The position numbers and the translations under genes were made by a program. Below, piece after piece: positions 14,103 to 23,933 of a DNA stretch of 64,000 bases. Below the pieces are notes generated by a model. The model searched no databases, was not told the DNA's origin, and worked only from the letters and a program-made list of their open reading frames with translations. This DNA comes from an uncultured Ectothiorhodospiraceae bacterium (GTDB lineage Bacteria > Pseudomonadota > Gammaproteobacteria > UBA6429 > Thiohalophilaceae): positions 5,173-69,172 of the forward strand of contig CAMYJG010000007.1 in assembly GCA_947258695.1 (NCBI GenBank), read 5' to 3'. Position 1 is the first letter of the stretch. The number at the start of each line of letters is the position of its first letter.

Positions 14103-15203
14103 TTATAATCGCATCGGCATCACAACATATTTACTATCTATGTCATCTGTGCCAAATAATAAACAACTATGATTAGAATCGGTGAGCTGCATGACAACTT
14201 CGTCTGATTTTATAGCACTTAGAGCATCGAGTAAGTATGCCACGTTAAAGCCTATTTCAAATTCGTCCCCCGAATAGGATACCTCAATCACTTCTTCAGC
14301 TTCATCTTGTTCTGGGTTGTGAACCGTAGCTTGTAATTGATTTTGACTTAACTGAAGGCGCATGCCCCGGTATTTTTCATTCGATAATACCGAGGTGCGA
14401 TTAAATGCCTGGTATAAATTATCGCGAGGGCTTTTAACTTCGTTATCGCCTTTTTGTGGAATAACTTGCTGGTAATCTGGGAATTTACCATCAATAAGTT
14501 TTGAGGTGAATACAACATCTGAAATACGGATACGAAGATGATTTTCGCTAAGTGAAACCGTGATTTCTTCATCAGAATCTTCCATTAAGCGCGATATTTC
14601 ATTAACAGCTTTACGAGGAATAATAACCTGGCGACTTTCACCAGGGTTCAAATCGACTTTTGCCTGGCAAAAAGCAAGGCGATGACCATCAGTGGCAACA
14701 GCAATAATTTGATTATCTGATAGTTCAAGCATTAATCCATTTAAGTAATAACGAACATCTTGTTGAGCCATACAGAATTGAGTCTGATCAATTAACTTTT
14801 TCAAAACTTTTTGTGAAATAGTAAATTCAAAAGGTGAAATCAGAGCATCTATGCTAGGAAATTCATTAGCAGAGAGGGTTGAAAGAGTAAATCGACTTCT
14901 GCCTGATTTTAAAACCGCACGATCCTGGTCAATATCAATTTGAACGTTAGATCCTTCGGGTAAAGCTTTACATATATCGAGTAATTTACGAGCAGGTAAC
15001 GTAGTATCTCCTGATTCACTATTATCAATATGACAATGATTAATAATTTCTACTTCTAAGTCTGTACCAGTTAATGATAGCTGGTTGTCTTTTACTGATA
15101 TTAAAACATTTGAAAGAATAGGTAATGTTTGTCGCCGTTCAATAACGCTATTAACCATTTGTAGGGGGTTTAGTATTGCATCACGTGAAATACTGATTTT
15201 CAT
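14103..15203 (-). CDS. dnaN: DNA polymerase III beta sliding clamp
   Basis: 366 aa of three-domain clamp length, with a C-terminal ...VVMPMRL. Shows dnaA-dnaN-recF synteny. Confidence 0.97.
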   Translation of the reverse strand: MKISISRDAILNPLQMVNSVIERRQTLPILSNVLISVKDNQLSLTGTDLEVEIINHCHIDNSESGDTTLPARKLLDICKALPEGSNVQIDIDQDRAVLKSGRSRFTLSTLSANEFPSIDALISPFEFTISQKVLKKLIDQTQFCMAQQDVRYYLNGLMLELSDNQIIAVATDGHRLAFCQAKVDLNPGESRQVIIPRKAVNEISRLMEDSDEEITVSLSENHLRIRISDVVFTSKLIDGKFPDYQQVIPQKGDNEVKSPRDNLYQAFNRTSVLSNEKYRGMRLQLSQNQLQATVHNPEQDEAEEVIEVSYSGDEFEIGFNVAYLLDALSAIKSDEVVMQLTDSNHSCLLFGTDDIDSKYVVMPMRL

Positions 15204-15423
15204 ATTTGTCCTTATATATTATTAATATATATTTTAAATTATTATTACTATTATTAGTCTTGAACTAATCAGTGGATAACACTCTTTTTCTTTTTATAAT
15301 CAGAAGGTTACAATATAATAAACCCTGTGTAAAAAAACACGATATATACTGATTATGCTGTGGATAACATGTTAAAAACAAGCTTTTTTAACATTTAAAA
15401 AAGTTATTCACAGGTTAACCCCA
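15204..15423. promoter_or_regulatory. dnaA-dnaN spacer with a DnaA-box cluster and an A/T tract; candidate oriC or part of it
   Basis: TGTGGATAA at 15359..15367 is a perfect reverse DnaA box. AGTGGATAA at 15271..15279 and TTATTCACA at 15404..15412 each have one mismatch. Positions 15212..15247 are 36 nt of pure A/T, and 15212..15256 contain a single C. Confidence 0.5.
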
Positions 15424-16761
15424 TTATGTTGTAAGTGTTCTCAACAGGTTAGTAAAATCTTCTTTTATCATTAATTCTTCATCTTTTAATTCAGCAATTT
15501 TACGACAAGCATGAATAACGGTTGTATGGTCACGTCCGCCAAATGCATCACCAATTTCTGGCAAGCTGTGATTAGTTAACTCTTTACATAATGCCATTGC
15601 CATTTGACGAGGTCTTGCTATTGATCGGCTACGTTTTTTTGATAATAAGTCAGCAATACGAATTTTATAATATTCTGCTACCATCTTTTGTATATTATCT
15701 ATCGTAACCAGTTTTGCTTGCATCGCCAATAAGTCACGTAGAGCTTCTTTAGCAAAATCAAGCGTAATGGGTTTCCCTGTAAAAGAGGAGTTAGCGATGA
15801 CTCTTCGTAAAGCACCTTCTAATTCCCTAATATTTGATGGCAAACGCTTTGCGATAAAAAAAGCAACTTCATTAGGGAGTTCAACACCACATAAAGAAGC
15901 TTTACTGAGTAAAATGGCAACACGCGTTTCAAGTTCAGGTGGTTCTATTGCAACGGGTAAGCCCCAGCCAAACCGTGATTTAAGACGATCATCAAGCCCA
16001 TCGACTTCTTTAGGATAGCGATCACAGGTCATAATGATTTGTTTTTGGCCCTCTAATAAAGCATTAAAGGTATGAAAAAATTCTTCCTGTGATCTTTCTT
16101 TTTTTGCAAAGAACTGAATATCATCAATTAGTAGGGCATCAACTGTTCGATAATATGCTTTAAACTCATTAATTCGGTTGTGTTGTAGAGCTTTAACCAT
16201 ATCTGCAACAAAACGTTCTGAGTGTAAATACACAACGGTAGAATCTGGATTGATTTTAATCAGCTCATTACCAATCGCGTGCATTAAATGAGTTTTGCCT
16301 AAACCAACACCACCATAAATCAGCATAGGGTTGTAGGACTCACCAGGATTTACTGAAACCTGCATCGAAGCTGCACGAGCCAGCTGGTTAGAGTTACCCT
16401 CAACAAATGTTGCAAAAGTGAAGTTAGGATTTAACGTAGGACTTTTCTTAGGCTTAACAGGTGCTGGTGTAGAATGAGTAAATTCAGGCTGAGTAGCTTG
16501 GTTCGTTTCGCTCGATATTTTTTCACTGCCAATTTCAACAGAAACTAACGGCGGGTTTTCAGATAGGTTACTCAGAGTTGTTTGAATTTCAGTTAGGAAG
16601 TGCTCACATACCCAATCACGAACAAACTGATTAGGCGCAAGTAAAGTAATATCATTTTCCACAAAAACAACTTGTAATGGACGAATCCAGGTGCTGAATT
16701 GTTGAGCACTTAAATTGTTTTCGAGTTGGGAATAACATTGATCCCAGATGGGTTGGGACAC
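15424..16761 (-). CDS. dnaA: Chromosomal replication initiator DnaA
   Basis: 445 aa with a GTG start, AAA+ Walker A motif [13 protein letters not shown], and a domain IV DNA-binding helix ([15 protein letters not shown]). Confidence 0.98.
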   Translation of the reverse strand: MSQPIWDQCYSQLENNLSAQQFSTWIRPLQVVFVENDITLLAPNQFVRDWVCEHFLTEIQTTLSNLSENPPLVSVEIGSEKISSETNQATQPEFTHSTPAPVKPKKSPTLNPNFTFATFVEGNSNQLARAASMQVSVNPGESYNPMLIYGGVGLGKTHLMHAIGNELIKINPDSTVVYLHSERFVADMVKALQHNRINEFKAYYRTVDALLIDDIQFFAKKERSQEEFFHTFNALLEGQKQIIMTCDRYPKEVDGLDDRLKSRFGWGLPVAIEPPELETRVAILLSKASLCGVELPNEVAFFIAKRLPSNIRELEGALRRVIANSSFTGKPITLDFAKEALRDLLAMQAKLVTIDNIQKMVAEYYKIRIADLLSKKRSRSIARPRQMAMALCKELTNHSLPEIGDAFGGRDHTTVIHACRKIAELKDEELMIKEDFTNLLRTLTT

Positions 16762-16828
16762 AGCGTGTTCTCCCGAATTTATAATTAATTTTTCTGAATA
16801 ATATGAATTCTAACTGTAACAGTAAAAG

Positions 16829-16837
16829 TTATCCACA
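16829..16837 (+). promoter_or_regulatory. Perfect DnaA box TTATCCACA upstream of dnaA
   Basis: Exact 9-mer, 68 bp upstream of the dnaA GTG, in the dnaA/rpmH divergent spacer. Confidence 0.7.
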
Positions 16838-16924
16838 GGCAGGATGAAAAACAACTAAAATATTCTTAAGAAGAAAATATAACTAAATTCAAAGATTTAT
16901 CGTTATTTTATATTGAAATATTAG

Positions 16925-16953
16925 TTGACAGAAGTAGGTTTGAGCAGTATTGT
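16925..16953 (+). promoter_or_regulatory. Sigma70-type promoter for rpmH-rnpA
   Basis: TTGACA at 16925..16930, a 17-nt spacer, then TATTGT at 16948..16953. The rpmH ATG lies 72 bp downstream. Confidence 0.55.
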
Positions 16954-17024
16954 TCACGGCCATTTTTTGAACGAAGTTTTAGCCAAAATTGGCTTAAATT
17001 TGAAATAATATAACGGTTATCGCT

Positions 17025-17159
17025 ATGAAAAGAACATTTCAACCAAGTAATTTAAAACGCGCTCGTACACACGGTTTTCGTGCTCGCATGAGTACTGTTG
17101 GTGGCCGCAAAGTCATTAACGCTCGTCGTGCAAAAGGTCGTAAACGTATAGCCCAATAA
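17025..17159 (+). CDS. rpmH: 50S ribosomal protein L34
   Basis: Hand-translated 44 aa: [44 protein letters not shown]. It falls below the ORF-track length cutoff. Confidence 0.97.
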   Translation: MKRTFQPSNLKRARTHGFRARMSTVGGRKVINARRAKGRKRIAQ

Positions 17160-17177
17160 TCCGGTCATCTCTTTATT

Positions 17178-17537
17178 ATGTTAACCGGTCGTTTTACTCG
17201 GCAGCAACGGTTAACCCAAGCCTCTGAGTTTAAAGGTGTATTTGCCAAACCTTGCGTGAAGCAGGGAGACGCAAATATGCTGATGCTAGGAAAAATAAAT
17301 AAGCACAGAACGGCTCGTTTAGGTCTTGTTGTTGCAAAAAAGCAACTTAAACGAGCAGTATCACGAAATCGCTTTAAACGTCTCACCCGAGAAAGTTTCC
17401 GTCAGCACCTCGATATTATAAAGAATCTCGATATCGTGGTCGTTGCACGAGCTGGCGTAGAACGTAAATCAAATCGGGAAATACTCGAATTATTGTCAAA
17501 AAACTGGCATATCCTTAGTAAAAAATGCGAAAAATAA
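17178..17537 (+). CDS. rnpA: Ribonuclease P protein component
   Basis: 119-aa basic protein containing RLGLVVAKK, downstream of rpmH. Confidence 0.92.
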   Translation: MLTGRFTRQQRLTQASEFKGVFAKPCVKQGDANMLMLGKINKHRTARLGLVVAKKQLKRAVSRNRFKRLTRESFRQHLDIIKNLDIVVVARAGVERKSNREILELLSKNWHILSKKCEK

Positions 17538-17767
17538 TCTCAGGTATAATCGGACTATATCGATACTTGCTCAGCCCAGTGCTTGGACCAAGCTGTCGAT
17601 ATACCCCAACTTGTTCAGAATATGCACAAACTGCGGTATTACGTTTTGGAGTAATAAAAGGAGGCTGGATTGCAATTAAACGTATTGTAAGCTGTCATCC
17701 ATGGGGTAAGTCCGGTTATGATCCGGTTCCAGAAAAAAAACCTGAAAAGAAACACCATTGTCATTAA
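17525..17767 (+). CDS. yidD: Membrane protein insertion efficiency factor YidD
   Basis: 80 aa with the YidD-typical motifs [11 protein letters not shown] and CHPWG. It overlaps the rnpA 3' end. Confidence 0.9.
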   Translation: MRKIISGIIGLYRYLLSPVLGPSCRYTPTCSEYAQTAVLRFGVIKGGWIAIKRIVSCHPWGKSGYDPVPEKKPEKKHHCH

Positions 17768-17794
17768 GAGACTAACAACAAAAGAAGTATAAAT

Positions 17795-19486
17795 ATGGAA
17801 CAACAACGTTTATTTTTAACCATTGGCTTATTTTTTCTTTTATATCTAGCTTATGATGCCTGGCAATTAGAGTTTGGGCCGAAACCTGCTCCTGTGCCAC
17901 TTACGCAAACAGATCAAACAGTTTCTTCTCAGTCGTCCGGTGTTCCTATGGGAGCAGATACCACGACGTCTGCCGTACCACAACAATCAGCATCAGCTGT
18001 TCCAAGTGTAGTTACTGCACCAGCGGCTAAAGCATTAAAGCAAGCGCAGCGGATTACAGTAGAAACAGATGTTTTACGATTAGAAATTGATTCACAAGGT
18101 GGTGATGTTCGAGTTGTTGATTTATTAAAGTATCCACATACAAGTAAAGACGATAGCACCCCGGTTCGTTTAATGAGCGATGCCGATGAAACTTTATTTA
18201 TTGCTCAATCAGGTTTTGCAGGTAAACGAGATAATAATGACGGCACAGTGATTGCTGCACCAAACCACAACACTATATTTAAAGTAGAAAAAACAGCTTA
18301 TAAATTAGCTGACGATAAGGATGTTGTAACAGTAAATTTATATTGGAATAGTCCGGATAATGTGAAATTTGTGAAAAGCTATGAATTTAAGCGTAATAGC
18401 TATGAAATCATCGTTTCTCATAAAGTAGATAATCAAAGTGGTAAAACCTGGCGCGGTAATCTTTACCAACAGTTACAACGCAAAGATTTTGCTGATGAAA
18501 ACCAGTCATCCTTTATTTATACCTATACGGGTGGTGTTTTATACAGTCCCGAAGAGAAATATCAGAAAATCGATTTTTCAGACATGGCCGATGAAGACTT
18601 AAGTCAAGATATTAAAAATGGTTGGGCTGCAATGATCCAGCATTATTTTGTTGCTGCATGGGTACCTCCTGTCGAGAGTACTCAAAGTTACTTTACCCGT
18701 GACTTGAATCAATCACGTTATTCAATTGGTATGAAAGCGACAAATGAAGTGCAGGTTGCAAATGCAACCAGTACAGTGCTGAATAACACTTTATATGTCG
18801 GGCCAAAAATACAGGAAGCCCTTGAAAAAATTGCGACAGGTTTAGAGTTAACCGTTGATTATGGTGTGCTGACTTTTATTGCTAAACCAATATTCTGGTT
18901 GTTAAATAAAATTTATAATTTTGTAAATAACTGGGGTTGGGCAATTATTCTGCTAACAATTCTGATTAAGCTGGTATTTTATAAGTTATCAGAAGCCAGT
19001 TATAAATCTATGGCGAATATGCGTAAAGTACAACCACGCTTAGTCGCAATGAAAGAGCGTTTTGGTGATGATCGTCAAAAGATGAATCAGGCCATGATGA
19101 AAATGTACAAAGAAGAAAAAATCAATCCTTTAGGGGGTTGCTTACCGATTCTTGTGCAAATCCCGGTATTTATTGCTTTGTACTGGGTATTATTAGAAAG
19201 TGTTGAACTGCGCCAGGCTGACTGGATTTTATGGTTCACTGATTTATCATCAAAAGATCCTTACTTTGTTTTACCTTTATTAATGGGTATCACAATGTTT
19301 ATACAGCAAAAACTCAATCCGCCACCGCTGGATCCAATGCAAGCAAAAATAATGTCGGCACTTCCGATAGTGTTTACTATATTCTTTGCCTTTTTCCCAT
19401 CTGGCCTGGTTTTATACTGGGTAGTGAATAATGCGTTATCAATTGCACAACAATGGTATATCACACGAATAGTGATAAAAGCATAG
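17795..19486 (+). CDS. yidC: Membrane protein insertase YidC
   Basis: 563 aa with an N-terminal TM helix, a large periplasmic domain and a C-terminal 5-TM Oxa1 core (GGCLPILVQIPVFIALY). Confidence 0.97.
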   Translation: MEQQRLFLTIGLFFLLYLAYDAWQLEFGPKPAPVPLTQTDQTVSSQSSGVPMGADTTTSAVPQQSASAVPSVVTAPAAKALKQAQRITVETDVLRLEIDSQGGDVRVVDLLKYPHTSKDDSTPVRLMSDADETLFIAQSGFAGKRDNNDGTVIAAPNHNTIFKVEKTAYKLADDKDVVTVNLYWNSPDNVKFVKSYEFKRNSYEIIVSHKVDNQSGKTWRGNLYQQLQRKDFADENQSSFIYTYTGGVLYSPEEKYQKIDFSDMADEDLSQDIKNGWAAMIQHYFVAAWVPPVESTQSYFTRDLNQSRYSIGMKATNEVQVANATSTVLNNTLYVGPKIQEALEKIATGLELTVDYGVLTFIAKPIFWLLNKIYNFVNNWGWAIILLTILIKLVFYKLSEASYKSMANMRKVQPRLVAMKERFGDDRQKMNQAMMKMYKEEKINPLGGCLPILVQIPVFIALYWVLLESVELRQADWILWFTDLSSKDPYFVLPLLMGITMFIQQKLNPPPLDPMQAKIMSALPIVFTIFFAFFPSGLVLYWVVNNALSIAQQWYITRIVIKA

Positions 19487-19494
19487 AAATATTC

Positions 19495-19577
19495 ACCGCA
19501 AAGACGCAGAGAACGCAAAGTTTTGTAAATAATAAAAACGAATAGGATCTTCTTGGCGTTCTCTGCGTCTTTGCGGT
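19495..19577. repeat. Family-B palindromic intergenic element (B1)
   Basis: Left arm is ACCGCAAAGACGCAGAGAACGCAAAG (19495..19520). Right arm is CTTGGCGTTCTCTGCGTCTTTGCGGT (19552..19577). There is one mismatch over 26 bp. It lies between yidC and mnmE. Confidence 0.85.
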
Positions 19578-19602
19578 AAATTTGTGTTTGGAATTTTTTA
19601 AA

Positions 19603-20943
19603 ATGTCTAAAAATACGGATACGATTGCTGCAATCGCAACACCTCCAGGTCGGGGTGGTGTCGGCATTATTCGGGTTTCAGGTCCAAAGGCTTCTGAAAT
19701 TTGTGAAAAAATACTCGGTAAAATTCCCCAGCCGCGGTTTGCCGATTACCTGCCTTTTTATGATCAAAGCAAAGAAATCATTGATTCTGGTTTAGCGCTT
19801 TATTTTGTTGAGCCTAATTCATTTACTGGTGAGGATGTTTTGGAGCTGCAAGGGCACGGCGGGCCGGTGGTGATGGATTTGTTACTGCAGCAGGTAGTTG
19901 ATTTAGGTGCCCGAATAGCAAAACCCGGTGAGTTTTCTGAACGCGCATTTCTAAATGATAAAGTCGATTTAGCCCAGGCTGAGGCCATTGCTGATTTAAT
20001 TGAAGCAGGATCAGAGCAGGCGGCAAAGTCAGCGGTTAAATCATTGCAGGGTGAGTTTTCACATTGGATTAATGAAAGTGTGGAAGCACTAACTAACTTA
20101 CGGATGTATGTTGAAGCGGCGATAGACTTTCCAGAAGAAGAAATCGATTTTTTATCTGATGGTCATGTTACAGGTAGTTTAGAAAATATTTTGTCTGAAA
20201 TGGACAAAATTTTTGCTTCAGCACAGCAAGGGGTGTTGCTGCGAGATGGTATGCGGGTGGTTTTAATTGGTCAGCCGAATACTGGTAAATCGAGTTTACT
20301 CAATGCCCTGGCTGGTCGTGATTCTGCCATCGTTACCCATATTGCAGGGACGACTCGTGATGTACTGCGGGAAGAAATTAATATTGATGGTATGCCACTC
20401 CATGTAATTGATACTGCTGGTTTGCGTGAAAGTGACGATGTGGTGGAACAAGAGGGTATCAAACGTACCTGGCTGGAAATAGAACAAGCGGATCGGGCTT
20501 TATTACTGGTTGATGATAAAACCGGAGTGACAGCGGAAGATGAAAGAATTCGGCAAAAATTGCCTGCTTCACTCGAAGTTACCCTTGTGCGCAATAAAAT
20601 TGACTTAACAGAGACAAAAGCGGCAGAAAAAGATCATGAAATAGCCTTGTCAGCAAAAACTGGGCAAGGTGTTGATATTTTGCGTGATCATTTGAAAACG
20701 ATTATGGGGTACACCGGATTAACCGAAGGTGTGTTTCTCGCTCGTCGTCGACATTTAGATGCCTTAATTCGAGCTAAAGAATTTGTATTAAATGGTCAAA
20801 AACAACTTCAGCAATCAAAGGCCGGTGAGTTATTGGCTGAGGATTTGCGCCAGGCACAACAAGCGCTTGGTGAAATAACGGGTTATGTAAGCAGTGATGA
20901 ATTACTCGGTAAAATATTTTCCAGTTTTTGTATAGGAAAATAA
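19603..20943 (+). CDS. mnmE: tRNA modification GTPase MnmE (TrmE)
   Basis: The ATG at 19603 gives [27 protein letters not shown]. The track's TTG at 19582 is probably an over-extension. G1 motif is [14 protein letters not shown] and the C-terminus is CIGK. Confidence 0.95.
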   Translation: MSKNTDTIAAIATPPGRGGVGIIRVSGPKASEICEKILGKIPQPRFADYLPFYDQSKEIIDSGLALYFVEPNSFTGEDVLELQGHGGPVVMDLLLQQVVDLGARIAKPGEFSERAFLNDKVDLAQAEAIADLIEAGSEQAAKSAVKSLQGEFSHWINESVEALTNLRMYVEAAIDFPEEEIDFLSDGHVTGSLENILSEMDKIFASAQQGVLLRDGMRVVLIGQPNTGKSSLLNALAGRDSAIVTHIAGTTRDVLREEINIDGMPLHVIDTAGLRESDDVVEQEGIKRTWLEIEQADRALLLVDDKTGVTAEDERIRQKLPASLEVTLVRNKIDLTETKAAEKDHEIALSAKTGQGVDILRDHLKTIMGYTGLTEGVFLARRRHLDALIRAKEFVLNGQKQLQQSKAGELLAEDLRQAQQALGEITGYVSSDELLGKIFSSFCIGK

Positions 20944-20944
20944 T

Positions 20945-22978
20945 TTAACCAGGCTTAAATGAGTTAACAAATTTTTGAAATAACAGTAATTTTTCATCAC
21001 TGAATTTATCATAACGAAGTTGTTGGTATAAAGTAGTAATTTTATCGATGCTACTTTTATATTGTGGAAATCGAATCGCTGCTCGTTCAGCAAAATTTAT
21101 TGCACCTTCAGTCGCTTCTTTATCCAGGCCATGTTTAGCCATTTTTCTGAGAAATTTTGCATAATAGCGTTGCGTGTCAGTGCTTTCCTTAGTTTTATTT
21201 GAAAATACTATATAAGCCAAGATAGCTGTTAATACGGCAAGAAAACTAAATAATAATTGTGATAAACCTTGCCAGCTGATTTCTTTTATACCCAATGCAG
21301 TAAATAACGCTTTTTGTTGTTTATTGTTATAACCCAGAACCCATTGATTCCATCTATTATTAACTGCATCCCAGGCAAAGCGTACTTGTTTTATTTGTTC
21401 TGTGAGCCAGGATTTTTTAAATAATTTGTCTGGCTTTTTCTGTGTAGAATTTATACGAAGTGCATCTTCAGTATTTTCGATATTGCCAGGTGGGATAGCT
21501 GCGGTCGGGTCTATTCTTATCCAGCCTTTATCTTTAATGAAAACTTCAGACCAGGCGTGGGCATCTGATTGACGCAGTGTCATAAACTGATCAATGGGAT
21601 TAATCTCTCCACCTTGATAACCGGTAACAACGCGTGCTGGTATTTCTGCCAACCGCATTAAAACCGTAAAGCTGGAAGCGTAGTGTTCACAGTAACCTCG
21701 TTTAGTTTCAAATAAAAATTCATCAACGGGATTATCATAAAGTAGAGGAGGTTGACGGCTGTAATAAAAATTTTGTGTGGCAAAATAATTTAAAACATTA
21801 TTTACAGTATTTTGAGGATTAGAGTGATCTTTTAATTGACTAATTAAATCACGACTTTTTGATAACTGTTGATTAGATGGTTTATTAGCAGGCAGTTTTA
21901 GGTACTGATCCATTGGTAAACGGTTAATTGCTGGTAATTGATATTTTGTATAAGAATCGAGTGTATATTGTTTTAATTTTTGTACTCGTGATCGTGATAA
22001 CACCTGCATATCTGCAGAAAAAATCGAATTCGGTGGAAGTGTAGCTGGGATATCTAATGCAAATAGCCAATATTTATTGTGCGGTTGCAGTGTAATGGTA
22101 TAACGAGTTTTATCCCCTAATGCAGTAAATTGAAAATTATGCATAGCAAGTCGTTCATTTGAAGGAGCCGTCCAGTTATAGCCATCAAAATTCCACATTA
22201 CTGGTCCTCGCCAATAAAGCTTATCTGGCGGTGGAGGAGTTACTGAATCAAATTTTACCCGGAAAGCAACGCTGGTATTATTACTCAGTTTACTAATTCG
22301 ACCAGGTGACATGTTATCGCTTAAGCCGGTTTGAGCGCTAAATGCATCTTCTGGTAAACCCCACAGTGGTCCATCAACCCGAGGAAAAAGTATAAAAAGG
22401 ATAATAGCAAAAGGAATCGCCTGGACCAGCATTTTAAAAGCCAGTGAAAAATGATTTTTTTCATTTGATTTAATAACTGGTATTGGAACAGGTTGTATCT
22501 CGCTGAGTTTTTTATAGTTATGTTGATAGCTAATCAGTGCAGTAAATAAAAACAGCACAGCAAATATCATAGTCACAGCAACGATGATTGATTGATTAAA
22601 TAAAAAATTAATTACTATTGAAAATAAGGCAAGATTAATAATAACGAATACATCTCGATAAGACTTAATTTCAAAAAGTTTTAAACATAGCAGGCCTAGT
22701 AACATTGCTGAACCTGCATTACGACCAATAATGGTATGGTAACTGAAAACTATGCCGGTTATCAGCATTACCGTGAGTATAAAAAGAATAGCTTTTCCAG
22801 GTATTGGGCAAAGCTGTAGTTCATAGCAACTACGCCATACTAGTAAGCTTAGCATTACTAAGCTTAACCAAATAGGTAGGTGAGAAAAATGTGGGACACA
22901 GACTAATAATAATCCCGCTAATAAAATGAATGCAGCAGGTTTTACTTTTGGATTCTGTAATTTATTAAGTAAGATCAT
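20945..22978 (-). CDS. Transglutaminase-domain membrane protein, TgpA-like
   Basis: 677 aa with an N-terminal multi-TM region and a transglutaminase core showing the Cys/His/Asp pattern (RGYCEHYASSF … DAHAWSEVF … IRIDPT). Confidence 0.85.
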   Translation of the reverse strand: MILLNKLQNPKVKPAAFILLAGLLLVCVPHFSHLPIWLSLVMLSLLVWRSCYELQLCPIPGKAILFILTVMLITGIVFSYHTIIGRNAGSAMLLGLLCLKLFEIKSYRDVFVIINLALFSIVINFLFNQSIIVAVTMIFAVLFLFTALISYQHNYKKLSEIQPVPIPVIKSNEKNHFSLAFKMLVQAIPFAIILFILFPRVDGPLWGLPEDAFSAQTGLSDNMSPGRISKLSNNTSVAFRVKFDSVTPPPPDKLYWRGPVMWNFDGYNWTAPSNERLAMHNFQFTALGDKTRYTITLQPHNKYWLFALDIPATLPPNSIFSADMQVLSRSRVQKLKQYTLDSYTKYQLPAINRLPMDQYLKLPANKPSNQQLSKSRDLISQLKDHSNPQNTVNNVLNYFATQNFYYSRQPPLLYDNPVDEFLFETKRGYCEHYASSFTVLMRLAEIPARVVTGYQGGEINPIDQFMTLRQSDAHAWSEVFIKDKGWIRIDPTAAIPPGNIENTEDALRINSTQKKPDKLFKKSWLTEQIKQVRFAWDAVNNRWNQWVLGYNNKQQKALFTALGIKEISWQGLSQLLFSFLAVLTAILAYIVFSNKTKESTDTQRYYAKFLRKMAKHGLDKEATEGAINFAERAAIRFPQYKSSIDKITTLYQQLRYDKFSDEKLLLFQKFVNSFKPG

Positions 22979-23930
22979 TTAATCCATATAAAGCAAGCTG
23001 TTTTAAGCAGCTCTCTAAATGTTGTTGACCTGAACCAGGTTTTATCGTGCAATCAGGAATAGTTAATCCATAACTTAAATTTGATTTGTCAGCAATTAGT
23101 AGCCAGCGTGTTAACTGTGATAGCTTTAATTCAATGGTTTTAGCTGTAGTATCTGACCAGTTAAGCCATAATTCATTTGAGCTAGCGGAGGAAAATTCTT
23201 TAGTTCGGAGAGATTGATGACGGGCAAAACTCTTCCAATGAATGTGTTGTAATGGATCACCTTCCACATAAGATCGTAAGCCTTTAAAATCGTCGCTACC
23301 GGATTTAAGTTGCTGATTACCTTCAGCATAGCCTGCACTTTTAACAGGTAATATTTTGTCATTAGAAGGCTTTGGATAAACAAGTTGTTTTTGATCAAAT
23401 TGAATTAAGGCCCAGGTCCGAAAAAGACCAAAAGGAAAACGACTTTCAACAGTAAAACGCGGCAAAGAAACATAACCGCGTGAGTCAAAGCTATGTTTGA
23501 CATTTATATGGCTAATGCTGTTTTCAGGGATATCTGCTGTGATTGTATGTTTTTGTGAAGTAAAAGTTAAAACAGAAAACCGAGTTTGATAATTTTTATT
23601 ATCGACTTTAACCATAAACTCAGCATTATCACCGGCAAAAACGGGTTTACAGATTGCTGGTCCAAAACTGAGTTTTAATAAATTTTTGTAGGTGTGAAAA
23701 ATAGCAACAACGGAAAGACTGGCAAGTAAAAAAGTTAAAAAATATCCCAGGCTATTACTGTAATTAATTGAGCCAAGCAACATAATAAAAAGTAAAAGGG
23801 CAAAAGCTAATCCCTGTTTAGTTGGTAATATATAAACACGCCTCTGTGTTAGTAAATAGGGTGGTTGAAGCGGACCTTCACCTACAAAAAAACGTTTTAA
23901 ATCAAACTTAGATGTAATTGCAGATAGCAT
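22965..23930 (-). CDS. DUF58 family protein
   Basis: 321 aa with the characteristic DFKGLRSYVEGDPLQHIHWKSFAR motif. It lies between moxR and tgpA-like and overlaps tgpA-like by 14 nt. Confidence 0.85.
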   Translation of the reverse strand: MLSAITSKFDLKRFFVGEGPLQPPYLLTQRRVYILPTKQGLAFALLLFIMLLGSINYSNSLGYFLTFLLASLSVVAIFHTYKNLLKLSFGPAICKPVFAGDNAEFMVKVDNKNYQTRFSVLTFTSQKHTITADIPENSISHINVKHSFDSRGYVSLPRFTVESRFPFGLFRTWALIQFDQKQLVYPKPSNDKILPVKSAGYAEGNQQLKSGSDDFKGLRSYVEGDPLQHIHWKSFARHQSLRTKEFSSASSNELWLNWSDTTAKTIELKLSQLTRWLLIADKSNLSYGLTIPDCTIKPGSGQQHLESCLKQLALYGLNDLT

Positions 23931-23933
23931 CAG

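Noticed and set aside
15177-15192. parS-like sequence TGCATCACGTGAAATA inside the dnaN 5' end
   Set aside because: It matches the TGTTTCACGTGAAACA consensus at only 13 of 16 positions and one half is broken. No second copy was seen near parAB. The evidence is insufficient to call a centromere site.
19461-19667. Track ORF of 68 aa (…FTKLCVLCVFAV…), and the similar ORF 35980..36270 (…SLRLCGE…), overlapping the family-B elements
   Set aside because: The frames are generated by the periodic repeat arms. They are antisense to or overlap the real genes mnmE and mazG-like. They are artefacts of the repeats, not genes.
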